Below are positions 1-7,618 of a stretch of 32,662 bases of DNA, piece after piece. The notes under the pieces are model-generated. The model was not told the DNA's origin and did no database searches. It saw nothing but the letters and a program-made list of their open reading frames with translations. The DNA lies in contig JAFGTK010000197.1 of the NCBI GenBank assembly GCA_016934135.1, forward strand, positions 1 to 32,662. Reading direction: 5' to 3'. The first letter of the stretch is position 1, and each line of letters opens with the position of its first letter. Source of the DNA: Deltaproteobacteria bacterium (GTDB lineage: Bacteria; Desulfobacterota; Desulfomonilia; UBA1062). The position numbers and the translations under genes are program-made.

Positions 1-102
1 CTGGTCCTCATCTGCTGCGGATATTGTGTTCACGCTCAGATATGAACCAAGGAAGGCAATGTTTATAACCAGGGCTATGATAAGGATCTTCTTTCCGGTC
101 AT
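1..102 (-). CDS. Partial ORF (N-terminal 34 aa, runs off the window) that follows fliJ. Predicted N-terminal transmembrane or signal segment. Probably another flagellar-operon protein.
   Basis: The ATG at 102-100 overlaps the fliJ TGA (ATGA junction at 99-102). Translation is MTGKKILIIALVINIAFLGSYLSVNTISAADEDQ, open to the window edge: positively charged N-terminus followed by a hydrophobic stretch. This ORF is not in the supplied track because it is open-ended. Confidence 0.45.
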   Translation of the reverse strand, partial: MTGKKILIIALVINIAFLGSYLSVNTISAADEDQ

Positions 103-539
103 AGGCTTTCTCCATGGCGTAGGATGGCAATCTCGTCGATAAAGCGCATCTCTGATTTCCTTTGTTTCATGTTATGGCGTTCCTCGTCAATCTCTCTTAG
201 TCTCTCGATGGCCTTGTGTTCCTTCTTTGCCTTGAGCATCTCGCCTCTCCTGAGATCGAGCTGCTTATCCGCAGAGATCAGATTCTTATCAAGCTGTTTG
301 ATGCTGTCTCCCAGAAACGTTATATAATCATGATACTGCCTCATCTGTAATGCGCTCATGCCGGCCTTCATCCTGCTTGTGAGTTCCTTTATCGTTTCAT
401 TCTTTGCTGTAATTTTCAAGTTTTTCAGATTCTCGAGATTAAAGCGGTGCCGCTGAGCCTTTGAGAATTCCTGTTGTGCGATGTTCTCCTTGATCTTGCG
501 TACCTTTAAAAGTGTCTCAAATCGGAAATGAAAACTCAT
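99..539 (-). CDS. fliJ: Flagellar export chaperone FliJ
   Basis: About 146-aa charged coiled-coil protein (MSFHFRFETLLKVRKIKENIAQQEF...) immediately after fliI, the canonical position. The ATG at 539 lies 12 nt past the fliI stop with GAGG upstream. The track start at 554 is a TTG inside fliI. Confidence 0.72.
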   Translation of the reverse strand: MSFHFRFETLLKVRKIKENIAQQEFSKAQRHRFNLENLKNLKITAKNETIKELTSRMKAGMSALQMRQYHDYITFLGDSIKQLDKNLISADKQLDLRRGEMLKAKKEHKAIERLREIDEERHNMKQRKSEMRFIDEIAILRHGESL

Positions 540-550
540 CGTTACCTGCC

Positions 551-1870
551 TCAACCTGCCTTCTCAAAGATTTCCCTCATCTGCTCCAGGCAATCCTCCA
601 TTGCGACCTTTGTCTCTATTGGCTGTTTGAGAAAGGTATTGATGAAGTTGATATGTGCTATCGCCGTATCGATAGCAGGATTGTTGCCTGAAACATAGGC
701 GCCTATATTGATGAGATCCTTTGCTTCTTCATAAACAGCGCAGAGTTCAAGGATGCGTCTGGCAAGAACGAGGTGTTCCTTATCGACGATATCGTTCATG
801 ACTCTGCTCACGCTGTTGAGGATGTCTATTGCCGGGTAGTGGTTTTTTGCCGCAAGGTCGCGTGACAGGACAATATGTCCGTCCACAATGGACCGGACGC
901 TGTCAGCTACCGGTTCGGTAAAGTCATCGCCCTCGACCAGGACTGTATAGAGACCGGTGATACTGCCTGTTGATGTGTTGTTTCCAACCCTTTCCAGGAG
1001 TTTCGGCAGCTTGGCGAAACATGAGGGCGTATAACCTTTTGTGGTTGGAGGCTCACCGATTGCAAGGCCGATCTCTCTCATGGACATTGCATACCGGGTT
1101 ACCGAATCCATCATGAACAGCACGTCAAGGCCCTGATTCCTGAAGTATTCGGCGATTGTTGTGGCAAGATAGGCTCCACGTATGCGGATAAGCGCAGGCT
1201 GGTCAGAGATGGCGGCTATAACGACGGATTTTTTCAGGCCTTCTTCCCCAAGGTCTTTTTCGATGAATTCCTTGACCTCTCTTCCACGTTCTCCGATGAG
1301 TGCGATTACATTGATGTCAGCCTTGGTATTCCGCGCCATCATACCCAGCAGTACACTCTTTCCAACCCCGCTTCCGGCCATGATTGCCATTCTCTGCCCT
1401 TTGCCGATTGTTGTAATGCCGTTTATTGCAGCGATCCCCAGGTCTAATGGCTCGGTGATCCTTCTCTTTTTCAATGGGTTTGTTCGATTTCCATACAGCG
1501 GCATTTCATGATCGAGTACGAGTGCTCCTTTCCCATCCAATGGGTTGCCCATTCCGTCGATCACTCTGCCAAGAAGATTATCGCCCACCTTTACGGCAGG
1601 ATTGGATTTTCTGGCAACGATCTTGCTGCCCGGGCCGATGCCGTCCAGGTCTCCAAGAGGCATAAGCAATACCCTGTTGTTACGGAAACCGACCACTTCT
1701 GCCATGATGGAATCCTGCATCTGTTTCGAGTAGATCTCGCACATGCCGCCCATGGAACTTCCCGGTCCATGCCCTTCAAGCACCAGCCCCACGATATTGG
1801 TTACCTTGCCACGTACCTGAATGGGCTGGATATCTTTTAAGGGGATGATGAATTTATTCAGATCAGTCAT
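551..1870 (-). CDS. fliI: Flagellum-specific ATPase FliI (type III export ATPase)
   Basis: Walker A GSGVGKS and Walker B VLFMMDSVTRYA, with an F1-beta-like fold signature. The ATG at 1870 overlaps the fliH stop. Confidence 0.95.
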   Translation of the reverse strand: MTDLNKFIIPLKDIQPIQVRGKVTNIVGLVLEGHGPGSSMGGMCEIYSKQMQDSIMAEVVGFRNNRVLLMPLGDLDGIGPGSKIVARKSNPAVKVGDNLLGRVIDGMGNPLDGKGALVLDHEMPLYGNRTNPLKKRRITEPLDLGIAAINGITTIGKGQRMAIMAGSGVGKSVLLGMMARNTKADINVIALIGERGREVKEFIEKDLGEEGLKKSVVIAAISDQPALIRIRGAYLATTIAEYFRNQGLDVLFMMDSVTRYAMSMREIGLAIGEPPTTKGYTPSCFAKLPKLLERVGNNTSTGSITGLYTVLVEGDDFTEPVADSVRSIVDGHIVLSRDLAAKNHYPAIDILNSVSRVMNDIVDKEHLVLARRILELCAVYEEAKDLINIGAYVSGNNPAIDTAIAHINFINTFLKQPIETKVAMEDCLEQMREIFEKAG

Positions 1871-2519
1871 TTTCGCTCAGAACATCCTTCATATGATCAA
1901 TCTGAGACCTGATGGTAGCATCAATTTCTCCGAACTCGGTATCGATAATGACCCCGCCGCGATCAATAGAGGTGTCTTCTATCACGTGGATCTGTTTTCT
2001 CCCGGAAAGACTGTTTTTAAGAATTGTTTCTATCTCCCGTATGTATTCGAAATCAGAGGGATGGAGTCTCAGCCGTATGTCATCGGTCTCCAAGAGGTGA
2101 TTGGCTGCAGCCCTTACGGTATCCAGTATGATGTCAGGTGAGAACTGAATGGATCTGTGAACAATCTTTTCTGTAATGAGAAATATGATCTCAAGGAGTT
2201 GATGCTGGTGTTTTTCAATAATGGACGCTCTCATGGATGCTATCTCATCTATCGCATTCCTGAATGTGTCAAAGAGCGGTTCGATCTTTTTTATGGCTAT
2301 CTTACGTCCCTCGGCCTGTCCTTTTTCAATGCCGGAATTATAGGCCTGCATCTCGATCGCCTCTTTTTTCGACCTTGCCTTTCTGATAATGTCTTCAGCC
2401 TCTTTGGCAGCCTCTTCTGCTTTACTCAGTTTTCCCTTCTGGCCCATATCCTGAATATCATAAGGGGTGACAGAGCAGTTCTTGGCGCTCTTGTCCTTGA
2501 GTATCTTAGACGAGGACAT
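1863..2519 (-). CDS. fliH: Flagellar assembly protein FliH
   Basis: Lies between fliG and fliI. Lys/Glu-rich N-terminal half and a FliH/V-ATPase-E-like C-terminal half (RLRLHPSDFEYI... IDRGGVIIDTEFGEIDATI). The ATG at 2519 is preceded by GGTGGAG. The track start at 2540 is a TTG. Confidence 0.8.
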   Translation of the reverse strand: MSSSKILKDKSAKNCSVTPYDIQDMGQKGKLSKAEEAAKEAEDIIRKARSKKEAIEMQAYNSGIEKGQAEGRKIAIKKIEPLFDTFRNAIDEIASMRASIIEKHQHQLLEIIFLITEKIVHRSIQFSPDIILDTVRAAANHLLETDDIRLRLHPSDFEYIREIETILKNSLSGRKQIHVIEDTSIDRGGVIIDTEFGEIDATIRSQIDHMKDVLSEND

Positions 2520-3525
2520 CTTCTCCACCCTTTCCTCCAATAACTATCTTGCCGGCTGCTTCGAGCTTTCTTACAACACGCACGATGATCTGCTGTGCAT
2601 TCTCCACGTCAGAGAGTTTTACAGGCCCCATTGCCTCCATGTCGTCAACAAGCATTTCAGATGCGCGTGAAGACATGTTTTTCAGGATAAGATCCTTCAT
2701 GGCATCGCTTGCCGTTTTCAGAGCCAGACACAGGTCTTCGTTGGTGATCTCCTTGAGGATGGTCTGAATTCCGCGGTTATCGATGTGGGCAATATCCTCG
2801 AATACGAACATCTTCTGCCTGATACCTTCAGCAAGATCGGCATCTATCTCCTCGAGCGAGGCAAAGATATTGTTTTCTGTTGTATGGTCAATCTGGTTCA
2901 TTATCTCTGCTACGGTTTCAATCCCGCCGAGTTTTTTGCTCTCTGTCGATCCCATGGCCTCGATCTCTTTTTTCAGAACACCGTCAATGTCCTCGATGAT
3001 TCCAGAAGGAACCAAGCCCAGATTGGCCATCCTGTAGATAATCTCGGGCTGGAGCTTTTCGGGCAGTTCCCTGATGATCTGTGCTGCTTTTGTAAAATCG
3101 AGGTGTGCCAGGACCAGAGCAATTGTCTGCGGGTGTTCTCCCTTGAGGTAATCCACCAGCAGCAGGGGATCAACCCCTCTGAGCGATGAAAAGGCAGCGG
3201 TATCCGTGGCCTGTGTTATGGATTCGATAATGGGTTGTGCCTTGTCGTCACCCAGTGCCGAGATAAGGGCGTCCCTTAGATAATCCATCCCTTTGCCTGT
3301 TATCCCGCTTACCTCGGAGGTCTTTTTCTGAAATTCGTCCATGATCTCCTGTACAGTAACCGAAGGGATTGTCACATCATCGAGATTGGCCATACGTTTT
3401 CCGAGCAGCTTGATCTCGTATTCGGTCAACCCTCTGAATACGTGCTGGGAGAATTCATCACCCATTGCCATAAGGAAGATTGCAGCCTTTTGCGGACCGT
3501 CGATTCTACTGATCTTTGCCATCAT
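2506..3525 (-). CDS. fliG: Flagellar motor switch protein FliG
   Basis: 339 aa with the typical FliG layout and the C-terminal MFVFEDI motif. AGGAG sits 5 nt upstream of the ATG at 3525, and the start overlaps the fliF stop. Confidence 0.93.
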   Translation of the reverse strand: MMAKISRIDGPQKAAIFLMAMGDEFSQHVFRGLTEYEIKLLGKRMANLDDVTIPSVTVQEIMDEFQKKTSEVSGITGKGMDYLRDALISALGDDKAQPIIESITQATDTAAFSSLRGVDPLLLVDYLKGEHPQTIALVLAHLDFTKAAQIIRELPEKLQPEIIYRMANLGLVPSGIIEDIDGVLKKEIEAMGSTESKKLGGIETVAEIMNQIDHTTENNIFASLEEIDADLAEGIRQKMFVFEDIAHIDNRGIQTILKEITNEDLCLALKTASDAMKDLILKNMSSRASEMLVDDMEAMGPVKLSDVENAQQIIVRVVRKLEAAGKIVIGGKGGEDVLV

Positions 3526-5141
3526 ATGCTCTCCTGCAGCCAGGATTTTACAACAGCAGTGGCAGTACCCATATCATCCTTTGTGACCTTTTCGATCATC
3601 TTTCTCTTTCCTCTGACTGCCATTTTCATCTCATCACTCTTTGCAATAGCCTCTATCTGAGGGATATCTTCAGCCTCAATCTCTTCGGTTTCTTCGGATG
3701 ATATGGCCCTTTGCTTATCCGAGACCTTTTCAACAATCCTGACCGATTTGAACAACCACCGAAGCAGGGGACGAATAACGAAGAGCAGTACAAGTAGCGT
3801 GATAAGAAGGAATACAACCGGTTTCAGGATAGATACTATGAAATCCTGCTTTTTCGCCTTTGCTGAGAGTTCTTCAATATCGGTATTTTCCTGTGCAAAG
3901 GGCATGCATGAGACAGAAATTGTATCTTCCCTGTCTGTGCTGAACCCTACGGCATGGCGTACAGCATCCTCAATCCCCTTGAGCTCTTCTGCCTGACGCG
4001 GCACAAAGACCTGGTTTCCTGTGTCATCTGTCTTGTATTGTCCATCCACGACCACCGATATGGTCAATCGGGTGATGTTTCCCGGAGACTGTATGCGTTC
4101 GATCTGGTTTCTTCCTATCTCATAGTTACGGACAATATTGGAACCGCCTGAACTGGCATTTGCAGGTATTGCTCCCGGTCCTCCTCTTCCGGTAGGAAGG
4201 TTTGACTGGACACCTGCAATGCCGCCGGTTATCCTGTCTCCTCCGGAGAATTCATTCTTGAGCTCCTCGCTCCTTATTACCTGCATTTCCGGATCATAGG
4301 AGTCTTCCACTCTTTTTACCATATCCATGTTGATATCCGCACTTACCTTTACAATGGCCCCCGATGGTCCAACGATCTTTTCAAGAAGATCCTGGGCACG
4401 AGACTGGAGCATGTTTTCTATCCCGTGTTTGACATCGAGATAGTTGCTTGCAAGCGATATGGCCTGAGACTCATCCCTGCCCTCGAAAAGGACCTTGCCG
4501 CTGATATCCACAATGCTGACGTTCTCGGTTTCCAGCCCGCGTACAGACTTTGCTATGAGATATACGATCCCCTGTACCTGCCCCGGGTTGATCTTGCGGC
4601 CCTGTTTCGGCTTTATTACAATGGATGCTTTGGCCGGTTTTTCATCCTCGATGAAGATGCTCTCTTTCGGCATGGCAATATGTACCCTTGCATAGTCCAC
4701 CTCTTCAAGGGACATAATGGTGTTTGCCAGTTCATTCTGCAGAGCCCTCTGATAGTTGATCTTCTGTACGAATTCCGAGGTGGAAAAACCTGTCTCGTCA
4801 AACAGGGCAAAGCCTTTTCCCACTCCCCCCTTGGGGAGACCCTGTGAAGCGAGACTCAGTCTTGTCTCGTATACGTTTTCCTCAGGTATCATGACGGCAG
4901 TCCCGCCTTTTGTGAGTTTGTACGGGGTGCGGTTTTCCTTTAAGTGCTGAACAATGAGTGATGCATCGGCCTCATCCAGATCAGTAAAGAGGTACTGGTA
5001 TGTCGGCGCAATGGTCCACATCAGGGTTACAGAAATCACGGCGGCGGCAAGACCTATTACTGCAAACAGGCCAAATCTCTGGCCCATGCTCATGCTCGTA
5101 AACCGTTTTATCAGTTGGGAGAACAGGTTATCAATATTCAT
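3522..5141 (-). CDS. fliF: Flagellar MS-ring protein FliF
   Basis: 539 aa with N- and C-terminal transmembrane segments flanking a periplasmic ring-building region (YQYLFTDLDEADASLIVQHLKE...). ATGA overlap with fliE. Confidence 0.93.
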   Translation of the reverse strand: MNIDNLFSQLIKRFTSMSMGQRFGLFAVIGLAAAVISVTLMWTIAPTYQYLFTDLDEADASLIVQHLKENRTPYKLTKGGTAVMIPEENVYETRLSLASQGLPKGGVGKGFALFDETGFSTSEFVQKINYQRALQNELANTIMSLEEVDYARVHIAMPKESIFIEDEKPAKASIVIKPKQGRKINPGQVQGIVYLIAKSVRGLETENVSIVDISGKVLFEGRDESQAISLASNYLDVKHGIENMLQSRAQDLLEKIVGPSGAIVKVSADINMDMVKRVEDSYDPEMQVIRSEELKNEFSGGDRITGGIAGVQSNLPTGRGGPGAIPANASSGGSNIVRNYEIGRNQIERIQSPGNITRLTISVVVDGQYKTDDTGNQVFVPRQAEELKGIEDAVRHAVGFSTDREDTISVSCMPFAQENTDIEELSAKAKKQDFIVSILKPVVFLLITLLVLLFVIRPLLRWLFKSVRIVEKVSDKQRAISSEETEEIEAEDIPQIEAIAKSDEMKMAVRGKRKMIEKVTKDDMGTATAVVKSWLQESI

Positions 5142-5431
5142 CGTAATTGCAGCAGCTGTTTATAGCCGTCTATGAGTTTGTTGGTCGCGGAGATCAGAAG
5201 ACGGACACTGATATCAGCCTTCTGCATGGAAACCATTGCCTCATGGATATTTAATGATTTACCCTGCGCCAGGTCAACGGCCATCTTTTCGGATTCTTTT
5301 GCCCTGGCATTTGTTTCCAGTATAACATCCTTGAGGGTGTCGGAAAAATTCGTCTGCGTGTCCTTGCTGTTGCTTTTGGCGGTCCGGTCTGTGCCGAGTT
5401 GTGTGAAATCAGAGGGATCGATACGCATCAT
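5138..5431 (-). CDS. fliE: Flagellar hook-basal body complex protein FliE
   Basis: About 96-aa protein between flgC and fliF with a FliE-like C-terminus. AGGGAGG lies upstream. The start is either 5431 or 5428 (tandem ATGs). Confidence 0.8.
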   Translation of the reverse strand: MMRIDPSDFTQLGTDRTAKSNSKDTQTNFSDTLKDVILETNARAKESEKMAVDLAQGKSLNIHEAMVSMQKADISVRLLISATNKLIDGYKQLLQLR

Positions 5432-5832
5432 TACCTCCCTATAGACAGGGCCTTAAGCGCCATGTCCTTCTGTGCCTTGATAGCTGCCGTATTGGCTTCA
5501 AACGCCCTTGTTGCCCCGACCATGTCGACCATTTCCTCCATGATATTCACATTGGGCATGGTCACATAACCATCCTCATCTGCATCAGGATTGCCGGGGT
5601 CAAAAATACGGTTTCCTTGTGCGGGGTCTTCCACGATATCTTCGACCTCTACGCTGGAAAGCTCTTGTTCAAACGAATTTTCCCGGAAGATCACATCCCT
5701 GCGCCTGTAGGGGCCGCCTTCTGCCGTTCTCGTGGTGTTGGCATTAGCGATGTTGGATGAAATGATGTTCATCCTTGTTCTCTGTGCCCTCATTCCGCTG
5801 GCGCTGATATCCATTGCAGTGAAAAGGTCCAT
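5431..5832 (-). CDS. flgC: Flagellar basal-body rod protein FlgC
   Basis: N-terminal rod motif SGMRAQRTRMNIISSNIANANTTRT and a conserved C-terminus. TAATG overlap with flgB. Confidence 0.93.
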   Translation of the reverse strand: MDLFTAMDISASGMRAQRTRMNIISSNIANANTTRTAEGGPYRRRDVIFRENSFEQELSSVEVEDIVEDPAQGNRIFDPGNPDADEDGYVTMPNVNIMEEMVDMVGATRAFEANTAAIKAQKDMALKALSIGR

Positions 5833-6218
5833 TACTGAATACCTCTTATAGCCTCTTTCAAGGCATCAAGTTTTCCCTGAATCATCTGGGCTGATGCACT
5901 GTAGAGCAGGTGATTCTGTGAAAGTTTCATCATCTCCCTGTCAATGTCAACCGTGTTGGAATCATTCCCTATTCTGGAAAAGGGATCATCTTTGACCGCA
6001 TAATCCGGGCTGTTTTCCGCAGATCCGGTAATGTGTTTCGGATTTGTAGCCGACATAGCCATCTCTCTGGAAAGTTCTTTTTCAAAAGCCACTTCCTTTG
6101 CCGTAAATCCGGGGGTGTCTGCATTGGCAATGTTACTGGAAATTATTCCCTGCCTGAAGAGATGATAATTCATGGCCGATGTTAGTTCAGTTAAGGTTTT
6201 TCCAAATATTCCTGCCAT
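5832..6218 (-). CDS. flgB: Flagellar basal-body rod protein FlgB
   Basis: Rod motif SSNIANADTPGF. The ATG at 6218 has AAGGAGG 5 nt upstream. The track start at 6236 (TTG) falls upstream of the predicted sigma-54 transcription start, so I shortened the gene. Confidence 0.9.
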   Translation of the reverse strand: MAGIFGKTLTELTSAMNYHLFRQGIISSNIANADTPGFTAKEVAFEKELSREMAMSATNPKHITGSAENSPDYAVKDDPFSRIGNDSNTVDIDREMMKLSQNHLLYSASAQMIQGKLDALKEAIRGIQ

Positions 6219-6240
6219 GGTGCCCTCCTTGCACAAGAAT

Positions 6241-6257
6241 AAGCAATACTCGTACCA
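6241..6257 (-). promoter_or_regulatory. Sigma-54 (RpoN) -24/-12 promoter of the flgB operon
   Basis: The minus strand reads TGGTAC-GAGTA-TTGCT, against the consensus TGGCAC-N5-TTGC. The GG and GC dinucleotides are at exactly the canonical spacing. The predicted start near 6231 sits just 5' of the flgB Shine-Dalgarno. Two sigma-54 activators and ihfB are encoded immediately upstream. Confidence 0.6.
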
Positions 6258-6274
6258 ATGAGCAAATCCACTGT

Positions 6275-7612
6275 TTATGAGGCGTTATAAGGTAAACCGT
6301 TCGATGTTTTGACCGATAGAGCGTCGGAAAATTGACCTTTTTCCGTATATTCGTTAAGTTTGTTTCTCAGTGTCCGTATGCTGATACCCAGCAGAGTTGC
6401 AGCTTTGGTTCGGTTTCCGTCGACATGATCAAGGGTTGACAGGATGAGCCCTCTCTCCATCTCATGGATAGTTGTACCGACTGAAGCAGTCTTTTCGGGT
6501 GCGGTATTCATGTCCATCCCAAGCATGATGTTCTCAGCCGATAGCTGATCTCCATCCGTCAGGATCATGGCGCGTTCAACAGCATTTTCAAGCTCTCTGA
6601 CATTGCCAGGCCATGAGTATTCAGTGAGGGTGTCTTTTGCCCCCTGGGTCAGAATCTTTTCTCCGATCTGTTCTCTCAGGGCGATCTTGGTGATAAAATG
6701 CATTGCCAGAGGGATGATATCGTTTTTCCTGGCGCGCAGCGGCGGTACCTTGATCGGAATGACATTGAGACGGAAATAGAGGTCGTTCCTGAATCGGCCA
6801 TCCCTGATCTCATCCTCTATGGCCCTGTTTGTGGTTGCGATTACCCTGAAGTCAACGGATATTGGAGAGCTTGATCCGACCCGGTCGATCTGTTTTTCCT
6901 GGAGCACGCGCAGTAGTTTTGCCTGGAGTCCCAGGCTGACTTCGGTTATCTCGTCAAGGAGTATGGTCCCACCCCCTGCAAGTTCGAACTTGCCGAGGCG
7001 CGTTGCATATGCTCCGGTAAAGGCACCTTTTTCAAATCCGAAAAGCTCGCTTTCCAGGAGCGTATCAGGTATGGCTGCAAGGTTGATTCCCACATACGGC
7101 CCGGCATTTCTCTTGCTGTGTTTGTGAATATACCTGGCGATAATCTCTTTGCCGGTCCCTGATTCCCCCTGAATAAACACCGGTGCCTGGGTTGGGGCAA
7201 CCTTGTGTATGATCTCCAGGATCCTTTTCATGCTCTGGTCTGCCGTGATGAAGGTTCCCTTGTCAGGATGGTCCTGTTTTTTCGGTGAGGTCAAAAGTGC
7301 TGAGATAATCTGCCTGATGTCGTTTGCCATAAACGGCTTTTTGAGGTAATGCGTTGCGCCGATGTTAAGACATGCGGTTGCATCACCGAATCCGATGGCA
7401 ACAATTTCGATGTTCGGGTACACCTGTTTGGTGCCTTCGATAACATCGGTGTAATCATCTGATATAACGGCAATATTATGTGATTTAGGATCGATTGATC
7501 CAAGAAACTTATCCTTGTTGGTAAACGGGCAGGGTGATTCTCCCATATCGCCTATAAGATCGGTAAGAATATCTACGATGGATTTATCCGGATCAAGTAT
7601 GGCTATGGACAT
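6275..7612 (-). CDS. Sigma-54-dependent transcriptional activator with an atypical (degenerate) N-terminal receiver-like domain. Resembles FleQ/FlrA/FlbD-type flagellar regulators.
   Basis: AAA+ core with Walker A GESGTGKE, the GAFTGA loop ([12 protein letters not shown]) and a C-terminal Fis-type HTH (GNRTKAATLLGISIRTLRNKL). The N-terminal ~115 aa has DPD in place of the DD acidic pair and IGFG in place of the conserved T/S. Confidence 0.9.
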   Translation of the reverse strand: MSIAILDPDKSIVDILTDLIGDMGESPCPFTNKDKFLGSIDPKSHNIAVISDDYTDVIEGTKQVYPNIEIVAIGFGDATACLNIGATHYLKKPFMANDIRQIISALLTSPKKQDHPDKGTFITADQSMKRILEIIHKVAPTQAPVFIQGESGTGKEIIARYIHKHSKRNAGPYVGINLAAIPDTLLESELFGFEKGAFTGAYATRLGKFELAGGGTILLDEITEVSLGLQAKLLRVLQEKQIDRVGSSSPISVDFRVIATTNRAIEDEIRDGRFRNDLYFRLNVIPIKVPPLRARKNDIIPLAMHFITKIALREQIGEKILTQGAKDTLTEYSWPGNVRELENAVERAMILTDGDQLSAENIMLGMDMNTAPEKTASVGTTIHEMERGLILSTLDHVDGNRTKAATLLGISIRTLRNKLNEYTEKGQFSDALSVKTSNGLPYNAS

Positions 7613-7618
7613 GGTATG

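Noticed and set aside
6258-6330. An IHF-like site (CATCGAACGGTTT) upstream of the sigma-54 promoter.
   Set aside because: It has three mismatches to WATCAANNNNTTR, including core positions, which is not distinguishable from background by eye.
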